A stretch of DNA of 64,000 nucleotides, taken from the NCBI GenBank assembly GCA_951406725.2, contig OX597821.1, positions 3,720,001 to 3,784,000 of the forward strand, read 5' to 3'. Shown piece after piece: positions 40,280 to 54,939 of this stretch. Every line of letters starts with the position of its first letter. Positions within the stretch are counted from its first letter, which is position 1. Below the pieces are notes generated by a model, which was not told where the DNA came from, searched no databases, and saw nothing but the letters and a program-made list of their open reading frames with translations. The stretch comes from Octopus vulgaris (taxonomy: Eukaryota). A program made the position numbers and the translations under genes.

Positions 40280-40716
40280 AGATCTAATCCGGATTCGTCA
40301 AAAAACTGATGACGTATTACCTCAGTGGTCAAGCTATTGTCACCCTGCTTGGTCGGTTTCCCCACACGATACAGCTATCGGTCAGACCCGATTCTGATTG
40401 GTCAAAACACTGATGACGTCTCGTTCTGCTGGACTAGCCACCTAACAGGATACAGTCATCGGTCAGATCTAATTCGTCAAAAAAATGATGACGTATTTCT
40501 TCCGTGGCCAAACTGTCGTTCCGCTTGGTTGATTTCCTAACAGGATACAGTTAGGAGTCTTTTCACTATATTCGTTGAGACTGGATTTTGATTGGTTTGG
40601 AACTATATGACGTCAGTGAAAAGTGCAAGTGACCACAGCTTAGCTGAGCTGATATAAATCCGCGAACAGACACCGGCCAAAAATCATTACTGTTGCTCCC
40701 ATTGGAACACAAGGTA
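40280..40716 (+). promoter_or_regulatory. Candidate Pol II promoter: tandem CCAAT/CRE units, TATA, Inr, splice donor
   Basis: Four diverged units each carry GATT(G/C)GT..TGACGT, with a full TGACGTCA at 40608-40615. TATAAAT at 40653, TCATT at 40684, AAG|GTAAAA at 40713/40714. Confidence 0.4.
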
Positions 40717-40756
40717 AAATCTAAAATGAACTCCTCGCCTTTTCAAGAACATGAAT

Positions 40757-40952
40757 TTTTTATATTTGACTCTATTGAATATATGTCACAATTATGAACT
40801 ATTACATCACACTCTTTAAACATATAGCATGGACTCGCTTTATTATATATGATTTTTTTATATTTGACTCTATTGAATATATGTCACAATTATGAACTAT
40901 TACATCACACTCTTTAAACATATAGTATGGACTCTCTTTATTATATATAATT
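40757..40952. repeat. ~98-bp direct tandem duplication (2 copies)
   Basis: tttttatatttgactctattgaatatatgtcacaattatgaac..catatag.atggactc.ctttattatatat occurs twice. Confidence 0.95.
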
Positions 40953-41301
40953 TTTTTGATAAGGTTCGTCATTTCAAGAACCGAAACATGTTAAAATTAA
41001 AATTTGTTTAATATAGCAGCATTTTCAAACTTCATTTTTTACAAATATATACCCACTCGTATACGAGCTAATCTTATTATAAATATATACACATATATAT
41101 ACTTACATACGCACATATGATTGCGAAATTCACTAAAACGCAGGTTAAAATGAAAGCATGATTAGAACGTATATTACAAATTTCACTTATAACTTGATGT
41201 TTCGTATTTCGGCAACGGAAGATCATAGACAAATAAGAGTAAAAGTAACTTGCATACCTATAGCTCTTATGCTGGTCAGATTCTCGGTTGGAAATATTAC
41301 G

Positions 41302-41389
<88 letters not shown>

Positions 41390-41411
41390 TATACATACAT
41401 ATATATATACA

Positions 41412-41452
<41 letters not shown>

Positions 41453-42104
41453 ATATATGTATGTATATAAATATGTGTGTGTGCGAGTGTGTGTAAAATC
41501 ATTAGAAGAATCCATACTCTAACATAGAATATTTAAAAAATGTAAATAAGACAGCTGTTTCTGTCGCAAAAGACTATATTTCGGGTATTCAATTGATGAA
41601 TAGGTACTAACACACTAACACACATTATTATATTATGTCAACTCGAACTCATCGGTGGATGATAATTAATATTTAGATATTTAAAATTAGTACCTTTAGT
41701 TTTCTTCTTTCTGATTATTTTATATTTATTTCGTTTTCTAACTAATTTATATTTTTTCCTTACTCTCGCCAATTGAAGTTCAGAAATATATGCTTACAAG
41801 CGCAACTTTGTTAGTTGGTATCCAGTTCCTTCCATCCGTATGACTACCTACTCAAATAAGGGAGAATCGAGGGTGATGATTACTTTGATGTATAAGGAGG
41901 GAGTAATGAGTAGATAATCGCTCGAACGAAATTATTGATAATATTGATTCTTCTAATGATTTTTGTTCATATATATTCATACGGAAATGAAAGGAATTCA
42001 TTAAATAAAGTATGATAAATAAAATAACATTGGAAGCCTAGGGAATTATGCCCTAAACGGAAGAAGTATTTTCATCTGGAAAAATCTTATTTATATTTAT
42101 AAAG

Positions 42105-42428
42105 GGATCACTCCGTCGGTTACGACGACGAGCGTCCCAGCTGATATGATTAACGGAACATCGTGCTCGTGTAATTAACGTGATAGTGGACGAGCAATCA
42201 ACAGACATGTGTGCCCCTAACGTAGTTCTCTGGGAGATTCAGTGTGACACAGAATATCACAAGGCTGGCCCTTCGAAATACAGGTACAACTCATTTTTGC
42301 CAGCTGAGTGACCTGGAACTAGTGAAATAAAGTGCATTGCTCAAGGACACAATGCGTCGCCAGGAATTGAACTCACGACCTTACAATCGTGAATCGAATG
42401 CCCTAACCACTAAGCCACGTGCCTTCAC
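42105..42428 (-). mobile_element. tRNA-derived SINE (family D head, distinct tail)
   Basis: gtgaaggcacgtggcttagtggttagggc..gagttcaattcctggcgacgc; tail ..gtcgtcgtaaccgacggagtg. Related degenerate copies at ~50840-50985 and ~51305-51600. Confidence 0.8.
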
Positions 42429-42507
42429 GCAGGGACACAAACACATACATACACACACACACACACACACATATACACATATACATATTGAAGACATATT
42501 TCTTCTT

Positions 42508-42555
<48 letters not shown>

Positions 42556-42560
42556 TATAC

Positions 42561-42593
<33 letters not shown>

Positions 42594-42605
42594 CATATAT
42601 ATATA

Positions 42606-42649
<44 letters not shown>

Positions 42650-42857
42650 GAAATGAGGTACTCAGAAAATCGGATGGTTTATATTTACAGATATTTATTT
42701 CTATATTACATTTTTTATATATATCATATAAAACCCCACTAGAATGGGAGAAAGCGCTAATACATGATCTAATTCATATGATATATATAAAATATGTAAT
42801 ATACAAATAAATATCTGTAAATATAAACCATCCAATTTTCTGAGTACCTCATTTCTT
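42650..42857. repeat. Fold-back inverted repeat (~80-bp arms, ~45-bp spacer) embedded in (TA)n
   Basis: agaaatgaggtactcagaaaat.ggatggtttatatttacagatatttattt pairs with aaataaatatctgtaaatataaaccatccaattttctgagtacctcatttct. Confidence 0.92.
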
Positions 42858-42894
42858 ATAAAACATAATACCTGTACATCATCTCCAAACCTTC

Positions 42895-43006
<112 letters not shown>

Positions 43007-45378
43007 ATATAGGTATATATATATATATATATGTATGTATATGTATATGTATAGACATATATACGCAGAAACGCACCTACACAATTGTACATATCAGAAA
43101 AAGACGGAGTCTCCTGACGATCTATGATGACACAGTCGATGCTGCCGATAAGTGTTACAGTTGTTCGATCAGCGAATCAATATAGTTTGCATATCGATTT
43201 AATATAATTCTCATCAGAATTGAATGTAATATTTTTGTGACACTAACGAGTGCTTTATGTATACGTTGTATCTATTCGACATGCTTCCGAAAATTTTCCG
43301 TTATTCAACTTTCTCTCAGAATGCAGGAGTAATTTTGAGAGTAATATGAAGAATATTGAGAGTAATATGAGAAATAACCCAATGGCCATGAAGATGGACT
43401 GAACTCGTAACTTTTCGGTATAAATACGAAGTTCTTAAACAGATAAATCTATTTCACGCATTAAGCAAACGTGAATACTCTTTTATACAAAATATATATA
43501 GTATCCTTTTTATATTGATATAGTAGATCTATAGATAAGTGTTATATATCATTGCATACCCGCAGCACAATGAACCTGATTTAGTAAAAATATCACAAGA
43601 TGCATTTATATGGGTTAACTCAGTTGCCCTATATCGTATCCTTTTCTGGAAAGGACAATATACCTAAACATAATATCAAAAAGCTTATCTGAATAATGGA
43701 TATATATATATAATGTGTGTGTATGTATGTATGTATGTATGTATGTGTGTGTGTCTGTGTTTGTGTCTGTGTCTGTGTGTTGTGTGTGTGTGTGTTGTGT
43801 GTGTGTGTGTGCGTGTGTATTATAGTTGAGTCTGATAGTTTTTGAAGACTATTCAATAATTATTTGAGTATACATAGGCTGAGAGTTGAAGCGAATTATC
43901 AAATTCCGTGCATGCCTTACCATCCCTCAGTGTTCAAACATATATGCAGATCCAGCCACTGTACATTCTACGTCAATGGACGATATTAGCTGGTTTTGGA
44001 TGAATATTTTGCAAAGCATCCCAGTCCATCTAAACTTAGAAGTACACAAATGAAGAAACCACCCGGGGTTTAAAATATTTTAACGATACGTATGTTTCTC
44101 ATTACATATTGAGACGAGGGAAGAAGCATAAAATAAAAATGTTACAGAACAAACCAAAAAGCTGCACAAAACATTTAAAGAGTGCAGATGTCTAATTGAA
44201 AAGAATGCCAGTTAAATGAGTCAGCCTGTTAAATTTATTTAATTAGTTTAATAGCAAAGACAGAACAAAGTGGTTGTCATCACCACGCTTGCAATTACAA
44301 TTTTTACGCTAAATTAATCTCACAGAACTTCTCCAAATTGCTTCTCTTCGAGATTCACGCAAAGAAAAAGACACCGAAGTTTCAAAAACACACAAATGGA
44401 GTAATGAATATAAGATAATTAACGATTTCGGCATTCTCATATTTAAAACGATATCTCCTCTCGCTTTAATATATAATAGTGCTCTCAGTTCTTTGAAGAA
44501 GCAGATACTAATTTAATCTCTATTAGTCATTATTTCCTTGATTCCGTTTTACCTCAATTTTTTTGACAAAAATGCAAAAAATAATCGCAAAATAAAAGGA
44601 AAACCTTTTGTTGTAGTTAAATTATCTCCGTCCTGTTTATTGTTTAAAACGTCAAATATAATTCTTAACAGATATTTTTTCTTTTCTTTTTAAGTTAGTT
44701 CTTCCCCAATAACCCATTATAGGGCGCTGCTGAAAAACAGCGTTGATACGTTTGCTTAATACTAAACCATATCACATCTTATTAGAACTAACCTAAATTA
44801 AATTTGTTGTCCTTTACGTTGTCATCTTGAAACATATTTACTTAGATTATGAACTAATTAGATGATTGTATTTATTTATTTAATTATTTATATATTCATG
44901 AATTCTAAATAAAGTAATTTTTTAAGTAATGAAACTTAACCGTAATATAGCTGATATTTGTCGGGTAGTAAACTTAGATAATATTTTTTTTCAATACCAC
45001 ACTGCATAAATCTTTCAATAACTAGAAAATTGTTTCGTTTTATCTTTAGCTCTGAACTCAATCTTGCAAATAATTAACAAAGTTGCTCCCTCCCCTTCCT
45101 TCACGTTCTCGCTCTCTTCCTAGCTTTATCTATCTCACCAGAATTTTTCTCCTTTCCTTTGCGTGTCTTGCTCTATTCGGTCATTCAGACACTAGCTTTG
45201 CAACAAACGCACAAACACATTCACACACATAGACAGATAATATTTACATATGTATATGTATGTATGTATGTATGTATGCATGTATGTATGTATGTATGTA
45301 TGTTTGTATGTATGTATCTATATATCTATATATGTATATATATATATATATATATACATACACACACACAGACACACA

Positions 45379-45427
<49 letters not shown>

Positions 45428-47329
45428 ATACCCTGTCTTTTAAAGTAATCTCTTAGAACATTTCAAAGCTTTATTGAAACATTGTTACTGCCAAAACAAA
45501 GGTGATACAAAAATTAACAAAGAGCATATGTAGGTTAATATATATATAGCTTAACTTTGAAGTTTACCGAAAGATTTTTCAGAGATAAATTTACTGCATC
45601 CCAGGCTGCGAATTTGGTATACCTGTACAATGTTGGTTTTATTTAGTCATATCGCGATACGTTTTCTACATTTGGTACTAATATTCGGTTAAATTGCTAC
45701 AAATTACAGATTTTTAAAAACTTCCTCAACTATACTTGTTTAATTGATATATAAAATTCATCATTTAATAGTTCACTATTCTTCGGTGATAATAAGGATC
45801 TTAATCATCGCAGATGAAATAATGAATGGTGTAACTGTATCGGGTTACACATACTTAGAATATGGCAGGAAACAGTTATAATTCTCATTCCCATAACTTT
45901 AAGAAATTTAGTGGAATTACAAAGCCTTTTGTCAAAAATGTATTTTGCTTTTGTTTTCTCAGACGTTTCCTGATGCAAAAGCTGAAATTTTAATTCCAGA
46001 CAGGAACATTAGAAATTCAGAAGTTAAGAAATTCCATTAGCATTGGATTGAAAATTATTCTTAGAAACTCTATGTTAAGACAGGTGTTATAACCTAGCAA
46101 TATATGTAACAGGACCACTGTAGACATTATTTTGATGTAAAATGCTGCAGCGATTTCCCAAAATAAGTTACAAGAATTTACAAAAAAGAAAATGTAGATT
46201 CCTTCAGTGCCTTCCACAAAATTATGCAACACGTTTTGTCAACTGAGACGTTTCCAAATTTAGAAAAAAAACAGGAAACTTTAGATCCGACCAACGTTTC
46301 TGAATTTTATACAAAATCGATAATATCACCGGCAATGAAAATCTCAAACTTGCACTTAAAGAAGTCTATGAAAATATAAACAGGGAATAGAGAGGTTAGA
46401 TTCTGCAATATATGTATCTGAATATTATAATGGGAACCTAGTTTTTTTTGTGTTTTCCGAGCAAAATATGGTAGCTTAAGTAACTACATCTTATTGTCTA
46501 AGTTCTTGTCTCAACGTGTATAATTTCTTCATTCTTCAACACCGGCTGAAATAGTCTTAATTTCTGTATGTAATTAAAGAAAATCAGAAGCATCGCAATC
46601 CTTTAAAAACATACATTAAATAATCGCACTTTTTTCGAAATAGTTGCTGCCAAAAGAAAAATTATCTCAGTGACATTCAACAGCTACAAGAAAGAACACT
46701 TGTAGATCAAAGAAATTGATGAATAGAAAGAAAATGTTGCAGTATAATTAAAAAAGCGTAATAGAATTTTAATTCACTTTCTCATTACTAAGGTATTTAT
46801 GAGGTTTTGTATAGACCTCAATGAATGCAACACGTTTTATGCATCTTCATAGTAGTTCCCCTAAATTGTCGGTATTATTGAAATCGTACAGTGGTACTGA
46901 CTGTAGTTTAGTTAATGAGATATTCTCAAAGTAGACAAACGTGCAGATGATTTTGCATATCTATTATAGACCAGCGGCAGCCGTTTAGAAAAGTCGATGA
47001 CATGAAACGGTCTTATATACCTCATAAACTTGCGACTTCATTTCCACAACAAAACACTATATTAAAATAGATGTAAATGGATATGTGCATATAAACACAT
47101 GGATCTACGAGCACACACACAAACACACACACACACACACATATGATACATATGGCGTATGCGTCTGTGTATATGTAAGAATGTATCGATAGAGAGATAG
47201 CTGTAGTTCCTGCTGCATTGCCCGAGCATACCTTTGACACACACGACACATTTTCAAATTTAATTGACAAAGTATTGAAAATTATATTCGACGGCTTTCA
47301 CATAACTTAACATTGACTTCAGGGTTGCT

Positions 47330-47700
47330 CTTAATTGTTGGAAAATTATCAGCAAATTTGAAATTCCTGCAAAATTGCTAAAGAGACCCATGGGCAATGC
47401 AGTAATTGTATGCAACGTGGCCAGCGTCGCTTCCTATGAAATGTATCCGCCAGGTTTCATTCTTAATGTATAACTTTGGCCGAAGTTACGCTTGAAATTA
47501 CTGCACGTATGTGCTGTGGAAATCACATGTGCTACCTTGCAAAGCAGTATTCATAAACCTGCATACATCCATCTGTTTTTCTATCAAATTCTGTATATTC
47601 TGTACAGCAATACTATCATACTCTAATAACACCGTAATGTCTTCAAACAAGAAAAAGACTGACACATTGGCTTCTGTCATCTCCAGGTTATTTGCAATAT
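47330..47700 (-). pseudogene. Ancient RTE-type LINE remnant
   Basis: VFFLFEDITVLLEYDS..IEKQMDVCRFMNTALQGS..PKLYIKNETWRIHFIG parallels RTE 'FFRATVESVLLYGS..LEKKLDGC.TRMLRAALNVS..PKLS.KIRERRLRFAG'. In-frame stops present. Confidence 0.5.
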
Positions 47701-47719
47701 GTAATTACACAAATGTCAG

Positions 47720-47930
47720 AATATTGGTTTAAAATTTTGGGGCAAGGGTAGCAATTTTAAGAGAGGGAGTTAGACGATTATTTCGATCCTAGTCATTAAC
47801 TGCTATTTAAATTATCGGCCCAGAAAGGATAACAGGTAAAATCAACCTCTGCGGCATGTGAACCCATGACGTAAAGACGGATGAAATACCGCTACGTCCG
47901 GCATGCTAACAGTTCTGGTAGGCCGCTGAT
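47720..47930 (-). mobile_element. Degenerate SINE family C
   Basis: ttatcggcccagaaaggat..aatcaacctctgcggcatgtgaacc..gctaac. Confidence 0.55.
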
Positions 47931-49460
47931 TTAATGCCTTGTCACAATCTAAATCTAATGAAGTAGAATAAATACAACGAATCCAAACTCCTTTAAAAGT
48001 AACAACTCAAGCATGTAAATCCGACAGCTAGTTACGAATGGCAAATGCAACTTTTATAAGTTTTACTCTAAATCTAAAAACTAAAATGTTCAGGATACTG
48101 GCTGTCATCTTAGATATACTGGTATATCATTCTCTCATATGCGTCCCATGGTTTTACGAATATGATCTATGAAAAGAAAAACAATAATTATGGAAAGCCA
48201 TATTGATAACGCCATTCAGTGCTGAACTCAGCACGGTCACAACGCACTCATCTAAAGGTTATCACGTGGCTTTGAGATTTGACTATAAAAACGAATCAAC
48301 GGCTAGTTCCTCGCATAGAAGCTAAAGATAAATGGAAATGCATCCATTAAGTCAGTACATATGCAACTACGCATTTGCCAAACTTATTGAAAGTTTGAAA
48401 ATAGGACTGTGAATTTTGGAAAAGTTCGAATATAAATTTAAAAACGTCATTTTTAGGAAAAAAACCTGAAAGAAGCGGTAAAATAGTTGAAATGAAGATA
48501 AATGAAAACAGCTATAATGAGACACACACACGCACACACATATGTGTATCCGTGCCTGTATATATATATATATACATACATATTTATATCTACACAGCCT
48601 TGGTTTTTTTATCTCATTACAAAACAACTTTTGTATACACACACAAGCACACACATACACACACACACACATATATATATACATGTATATATACATACAT
48701 ATGTACACACACAAACATATATTATATATATACATATGTATACACAAAAACATATATAATTATATACACATACAAAGACGTAGATATATATTTATGTTCA
48801 TACATTTGCATATCCATATGAAACGTGTATATGCAAACACATTACATCAATGCACATAGATGTAGGTTAGTTTGAGTGTGCGCGCGTTCGTGCTCGCATG
48901 TTTGTGCGTGTGCTGGAGGGGTGTGAGCGTTCGTTTTTATATGTATGCTTGCGTACACATACGTACACACGCGCAGGGGGGCCTACACATACACAAACAA
49001 ATACACCCACATACGCGCGCGCATTTAGATACATGCATATCATCGTGGATATATCGTTACAAGATGACTTAACCCTCCTCCATCAAGTAGTTACTGTTTG
49101 ATGAATGAGGACAATATCCAACGGAAAACTATAATCCATGTAATTTTTCCACAGAGATTTATAAATATTTTGCTACTTAGTTTTCACGTAGCTCTGCTCT
49201 CAACTGACATAATGGAATGACGGGAAGAATAATGACCCATTATCGAACTAATAGCGTTGGTTTACTGACGTGACGCACAAATTATACAACACAGAGGGAG
49301 AAAGGGAGGCATGAGAAAGAATAGAAACCTCTCAAAAAGCGAACTTCTTTTATTTTTATTTCCTTTATCGTACTTTTGATCCGATTAGTAGAGAAGGGAA
49401 AATATGCGTCTCATGTTATATCTTAATGCCTTAACCAACTGTGCTACCTACATTCCAGGC

Positions 49461-49779
<319 letters not shown>

Positions 49780-49794
49780 CTATTCATAATAATA

Positions 49795-50125
49795 TCATTA
49801 CCTTTGCACAGCTTCTAACGCTGGAGATGTAATACGGTATCAGCTGTTCCATACCAGTGAACTAAAGTAACATCCTTTATTTTCCGAGCACCTTTCGGAG
49901 TATCTGAGCGGTTCTAAGCAGTTTTCTGCAAGTGCTCCACTCTTATTGCAGCCCATATTTGTTCCATGTACTTCTCAAGATTTTTACTCACTGTTTCCAG
50001 GGCTTCGACCGTTATTGGTACTACCACCTTATTCATCGACCACAACTGCTTAACTTCCCAAGGTAAACTGTCATATCTATCGACTTTTCTTTCCACCTTA
50101 TCGCATACCTTGTTGTCAGCTGGGC
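49795..50125 (-). pseudogene. R4/Dong-clade LINE 3' end (RLE C-terminus plus 3' UTR)
   Basis: PADNKVCDKVERKVDRYDSLPWEVKQLWSMNKVVVPITVEALETVSKNLEKYM..LQKTA matches the RLE 'K..KY..L..E...LW....VVP.V.GALG.V' motif. The 5' junction is in (TAA)n. Confidence 0.8.
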
Positions 50126-50173
<48 letters not shown>

Positions 50174-50210
50174 CATGATCATGATCATCATCATCATCAC
50201 CATCATTATT

Positions 50211-50430
50211 AAGGTGGTGAGCTGGCAGAATCGTTAGGACGCTGGACGAAGTGCTTAGCGGTATTTTGCCCGTCGCTACGTTCTGAGTTCAAATTCCACC
50301 GAGGTTGACTTTGTTTTTCATCCCTTCGGGGTCGATGAAGTAAGTACCAGTTAAATACTGTGGTCAACGTAGTCGACTCATACCATTACCCCCGAAATAT
50401 ACTGCCCTTGTAGCAAACTTCGGAACCATT
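50211..50430 (+). mobile_element. SINE family C
   Basis: aaggtggtgagctggcagaatcgttagg..ttctgagttcaaattccaccgaggttgac..tcatcccttcggggtcgat. Confidence 0.8.
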
Positions 50431-52202
50431 ATCATATATATTAATATGCTAACTTCTGTTTTCTACGTACTTACTTGTAGTGTGCGTCACACTTACTTCA
50501 AAGGAAGAGGTAAATGGGTTGAATTGGGAGGTATAAAAGACAACTGAAATAGAAGGTGATAGACAGAGGAGTTATAATTGAAGTGAGCGACAAAGCGGGA
50601 GAGAGGAAGAAGAGAAAAGAAGAGAGAGGGAGAGAGACAGTGAGTGGTGACTGACATAAAGGTGGCCTTCGTTTTGTGCTTTTAAATGTTTATCAGCTTT
50701 TTCAGAGTAGACTGATGTATATTTCGAAAGAAAAGTAGATACATAGATACGTAAACACATTGTTAAATCAAAGAAAAATAACTACAGCAAATATTGGATG
50801 TCACTTTCACTTTTCATTACCAGACAAGTATAAAATTAACGCACAATTGACTCAGTACTCCACAGACATGCATACCCTTAACACAGTTGTCAGGAAGGTT
50901 CAGCAGCACACAGAATATGACAAGGCTGGCCCCTTTGAATTACAGACACGACTCATTTTTGCCAGCTGAGTAGATTGGAGGAGCGGAAAGTTTCAAGTGG
51001 TTGCAAGTAAACGAAAAATGATCCTATATAGGGGCAGGAAAATCCTTTTTAGTCGTTAGGGCCACTATGAGAGTTCATCCGGTCTTAACAGCGGTATTTG
51101 TGTCTCTCACAGATCTAGAGGTCAAGCCCTCAGACTAACCCCGATGCGCAGGCTGTTGTTATCAAACTGACCGTAAGTCAAGGGCGAAGTCACTGCACGG
51201 TGGATTAGCAATTATTTCGTCTTAGCTTCAAAGCTTATACTAGACACTTAACATTTTTGCCTTCCGATATGGAACATTTCTTTTTCTTTCTCTCTTTTTG
51301 AAAATTGTCACTGCATTAGTTACGACGACAAAGTTCTTGTTTATCTGATCAACGACACAGCCTGATCGTAAAATTAATGCTCAAGTGGCTGAGTACTCCA
51401 AAGACATGCATACCATTAAAATAGTTCTCAGGGAGATTCACAGAAGGTAACAAGGCTGGCCCCTTGAGAATCATCTCATTGAATGGATTGCAGCAAGGTG
51501 GTGTATAGTGCCTTGCTCAAGGCCACAGCGCACCTCCGGAATCGTACACTTGACCTTACGACCGTGGCACGAATTAGCCTTAAACACTCGGCCTCAGACT
51601 TTCACTTTCGTAATTGTAGAGAAAAGGAATGAAGCGATAAAGAAAGGGAAAGGAAAGCCTTGGTCATTTAAAATGTCAATTAGAGTGAAATGATGATCGA
51701 TCATTCTAGCTTTTAACAATAAATAAGAGGGAAGGAGATTAAGTAACGAATAGCGGGAAAGTCTTTCAAGTGTTTAGGTTTTCCGTCTGGGAGTTCTAGA
51801 AGGAGCGAATGTTAGTTTTCTCTTCTTACCCCCACCTCATGTACTTATTCGCTTCGTTTGATAGTTCTTCATGTATTTTAGTCGGGGGAAGAACCATGTC
51901 TTTTTATTCAAGTACTTTTAACATTTGCTCCACAAACTACAAATGAGACCCCACATACATTTTCCCTACAAAAACTAATCCAAAATTCGAAATAGGTATA
52001 GCTGTGAAAAGAGCCCAGAAAATGGATAATACTCCTTACAAAATGGGGAAGGGAGAAAAGTTGCCAACAAGTGGCTACACGATATTCAAGTCACTATTTT
52101 ATAGAGAGTCATCTAATATTGCCTCGGGCCGACCAAAGCCGTGTGAGTGGATTTGGTAGAGGGAAAGTGAAAGGAGTCCGTCGCACATACAAACACACAC
52201 AT

Positions 52203-52687
<485 letters not shown>

Positions 52688-52892
52688 TGTATATAAGGTA
52701 AGGTATCTATATATCAGGTAAGAATATAGATATTGAGTTGATGTAAACGACTAAATTCCTCTTCCTCCTAGCTCATTGAGTTACAAACAATCATTATTGG
52801 TATAAATGTTAAGGAGGCGCGCTGACAGAAACGTTAACACGCCGGCAGAAATGCAGTATTTGGACCGTCTTTACGTTCCGATTTCAAATTCC

Positions 52893-53305
52893 ACGAAGCC
52901 CAATATACCCATCATGACTACCCATCTGATAAGGATACACCAGGCACATGCATCACAACCATATGTGCTCGACATTGTGATCTCATATCAAGATAAACAG
53001 CACGTGACCTTGCAGGTGGGGTCCAGTTAGAATTTTCTTCAGGTTGACTAGCCCATCCCGCTCAAAAGGTCCCTGAATAAATGATGTTTAAGGATGTTGA
53101 ACGAAACACCCATGTTTCCAGAGGTGAGTTATTCAAACCCCAAGGAATCCCTCTCAACACATGGCTATGATGCTTCCCCACAACTTCTCCTCGTGATCAG
53201 AGATGCACATATCGTCAGCCATTAAGGGACATGGTCAACTGGTTAAGGCCAAACAACTGACAAGCAAATATGTGGTATTGAGCAGAATATTTGCTGTAGC
53301 CCATC

Positions 53306-53310
<5 letters not shown>
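52893..53310 (-). mobile_element. Repeat family A, fused to a SINE C head (52808-52892)
   Basis: Homologous to 31857-32411 and truncated at both ends. Confidence 0.85.
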
Positions 53311-53342
<32 letters not shown>

Positions 53343-53366
53343 TATTATTATTATTATTATTATTAT

Positions 53367-53450
53367 TCAGGTCACTGCTTGGAATCGAACTCGGAATCTT
53401 GGGGTTAGTAGTCTGCTCTATTAATTACTACGCCATATGCCCGTGGGCAT
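53367..53450 (-). mobile_element. SINE family E tRNA-like head
   Basis: gcccacgggcatatggcgtagt..ctactaaccccaagattccgagttcgattcc matches 34140 and has A and B boxes. Confidence 0.8.
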
Positions 53451-53885
53451 GAGCTATAGCAAATATTTTGCTTAATACCACATATTTGCTTGTCACTTGT
53501 TTGAACTTAACCAGTTGAGGATGTCCCTTAGTGTCTGACGATATGTGCATCTCTGATGACGAGCAGAAGTAGTGGGGGAGCATCATAGCCATGTGTTGTG
53601 AGGAATTCTTTGGTGCTTGGATAATACACCCTTGGAAACATAGATGTTCCATTCAACATCCTTAAACAACCCTTTTTCAGTGATCTTTTGAGCGGGATGG
53701 GCTACTCAACCTGAAGAAAATTCTAACTGGGCCCTACCTGCAAGGTCATGTGCTGTTAATCTTGATATGAGATCGCTATGTCGCGCGAATATGGTTGTGA
53801 TGCATGTGCCTGGTGTACCCTTATCAGACTGGTAGTCATGATGGCTATAGAGGGCTTTGATGGCATGCACTGTTCTCTCTCTCTA
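53451..53885 (+). mobile_element. Repeat family A, inverted relative to 52893-53310
   Basis: Reverse complement of family A, followed by (AAT)n at 53886-54208. Confidence 0.85.
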
Positions 53886-54209
<324 letters not shown>

Positions 54210-54939
54210 GATCACCTAACAAAAAATTTAGAAACATAAATATCTCCAGTTTTGTGTGAATATTTTGTCGTCCCTTCTTCCTTGACTATCAGAATATGCA
54301 AAAATGCCTTTTATTGTAACAACACAATTAAATACACGATAAAAAAAATTATGGAAGTAAGCACCTACTAATATATACATACTGCATATATACAACTACA
54401 AAAACTGTAAACCAGAGCAAAACTTTTAAAAATATAGGAAAACTTCCAAAAGAAAAAGAAATTCAGAAATCCAACAAGTTGAACCTGCTCTTCCTCCTAC
54501 TGTTCCCAAAGACTGGAATTTCTACAACTCTCTGTAAATATTTTAAATCTCCTTCCAAATAAAATAAGTTAGGAAACTTACATACCTACAGCTATCGAAT
54601 GGTCAGCTTAAAATACAACCCCCCCACAAAAAAAAAATCTTTAATATCTACAACTAATGTGCGACAACGTATCCTTTCCTCTCCCCCTGAGTATTCGAAA
54701 ATGTAACTATCATCCTCCCTTTTATTCTCAGAACACTATCATTTCTCTCTGTGCAGTCATACAAAATACCATATTTAGTAAATCTTAGAACTTTACTAGC
54801 CACAACTTTTTTCTTTTCTTTTTGACTCTCCCCGAGCATTCGAAAATGTAAACATTCTTCTTCCCATGGCGAAAGACTTATTGTATTTTCCGAATGGACT
54901 GACAAACGAACATACTTAAAATACTTTAAAACTTTAATA

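Noticed and set aside
40280-40620. CRISPR-like repeat-spacer reading of the tandem units
   Set aside because: Eukaryotic context, units diverged along their whole length with no unique spacers, and no cas genes.
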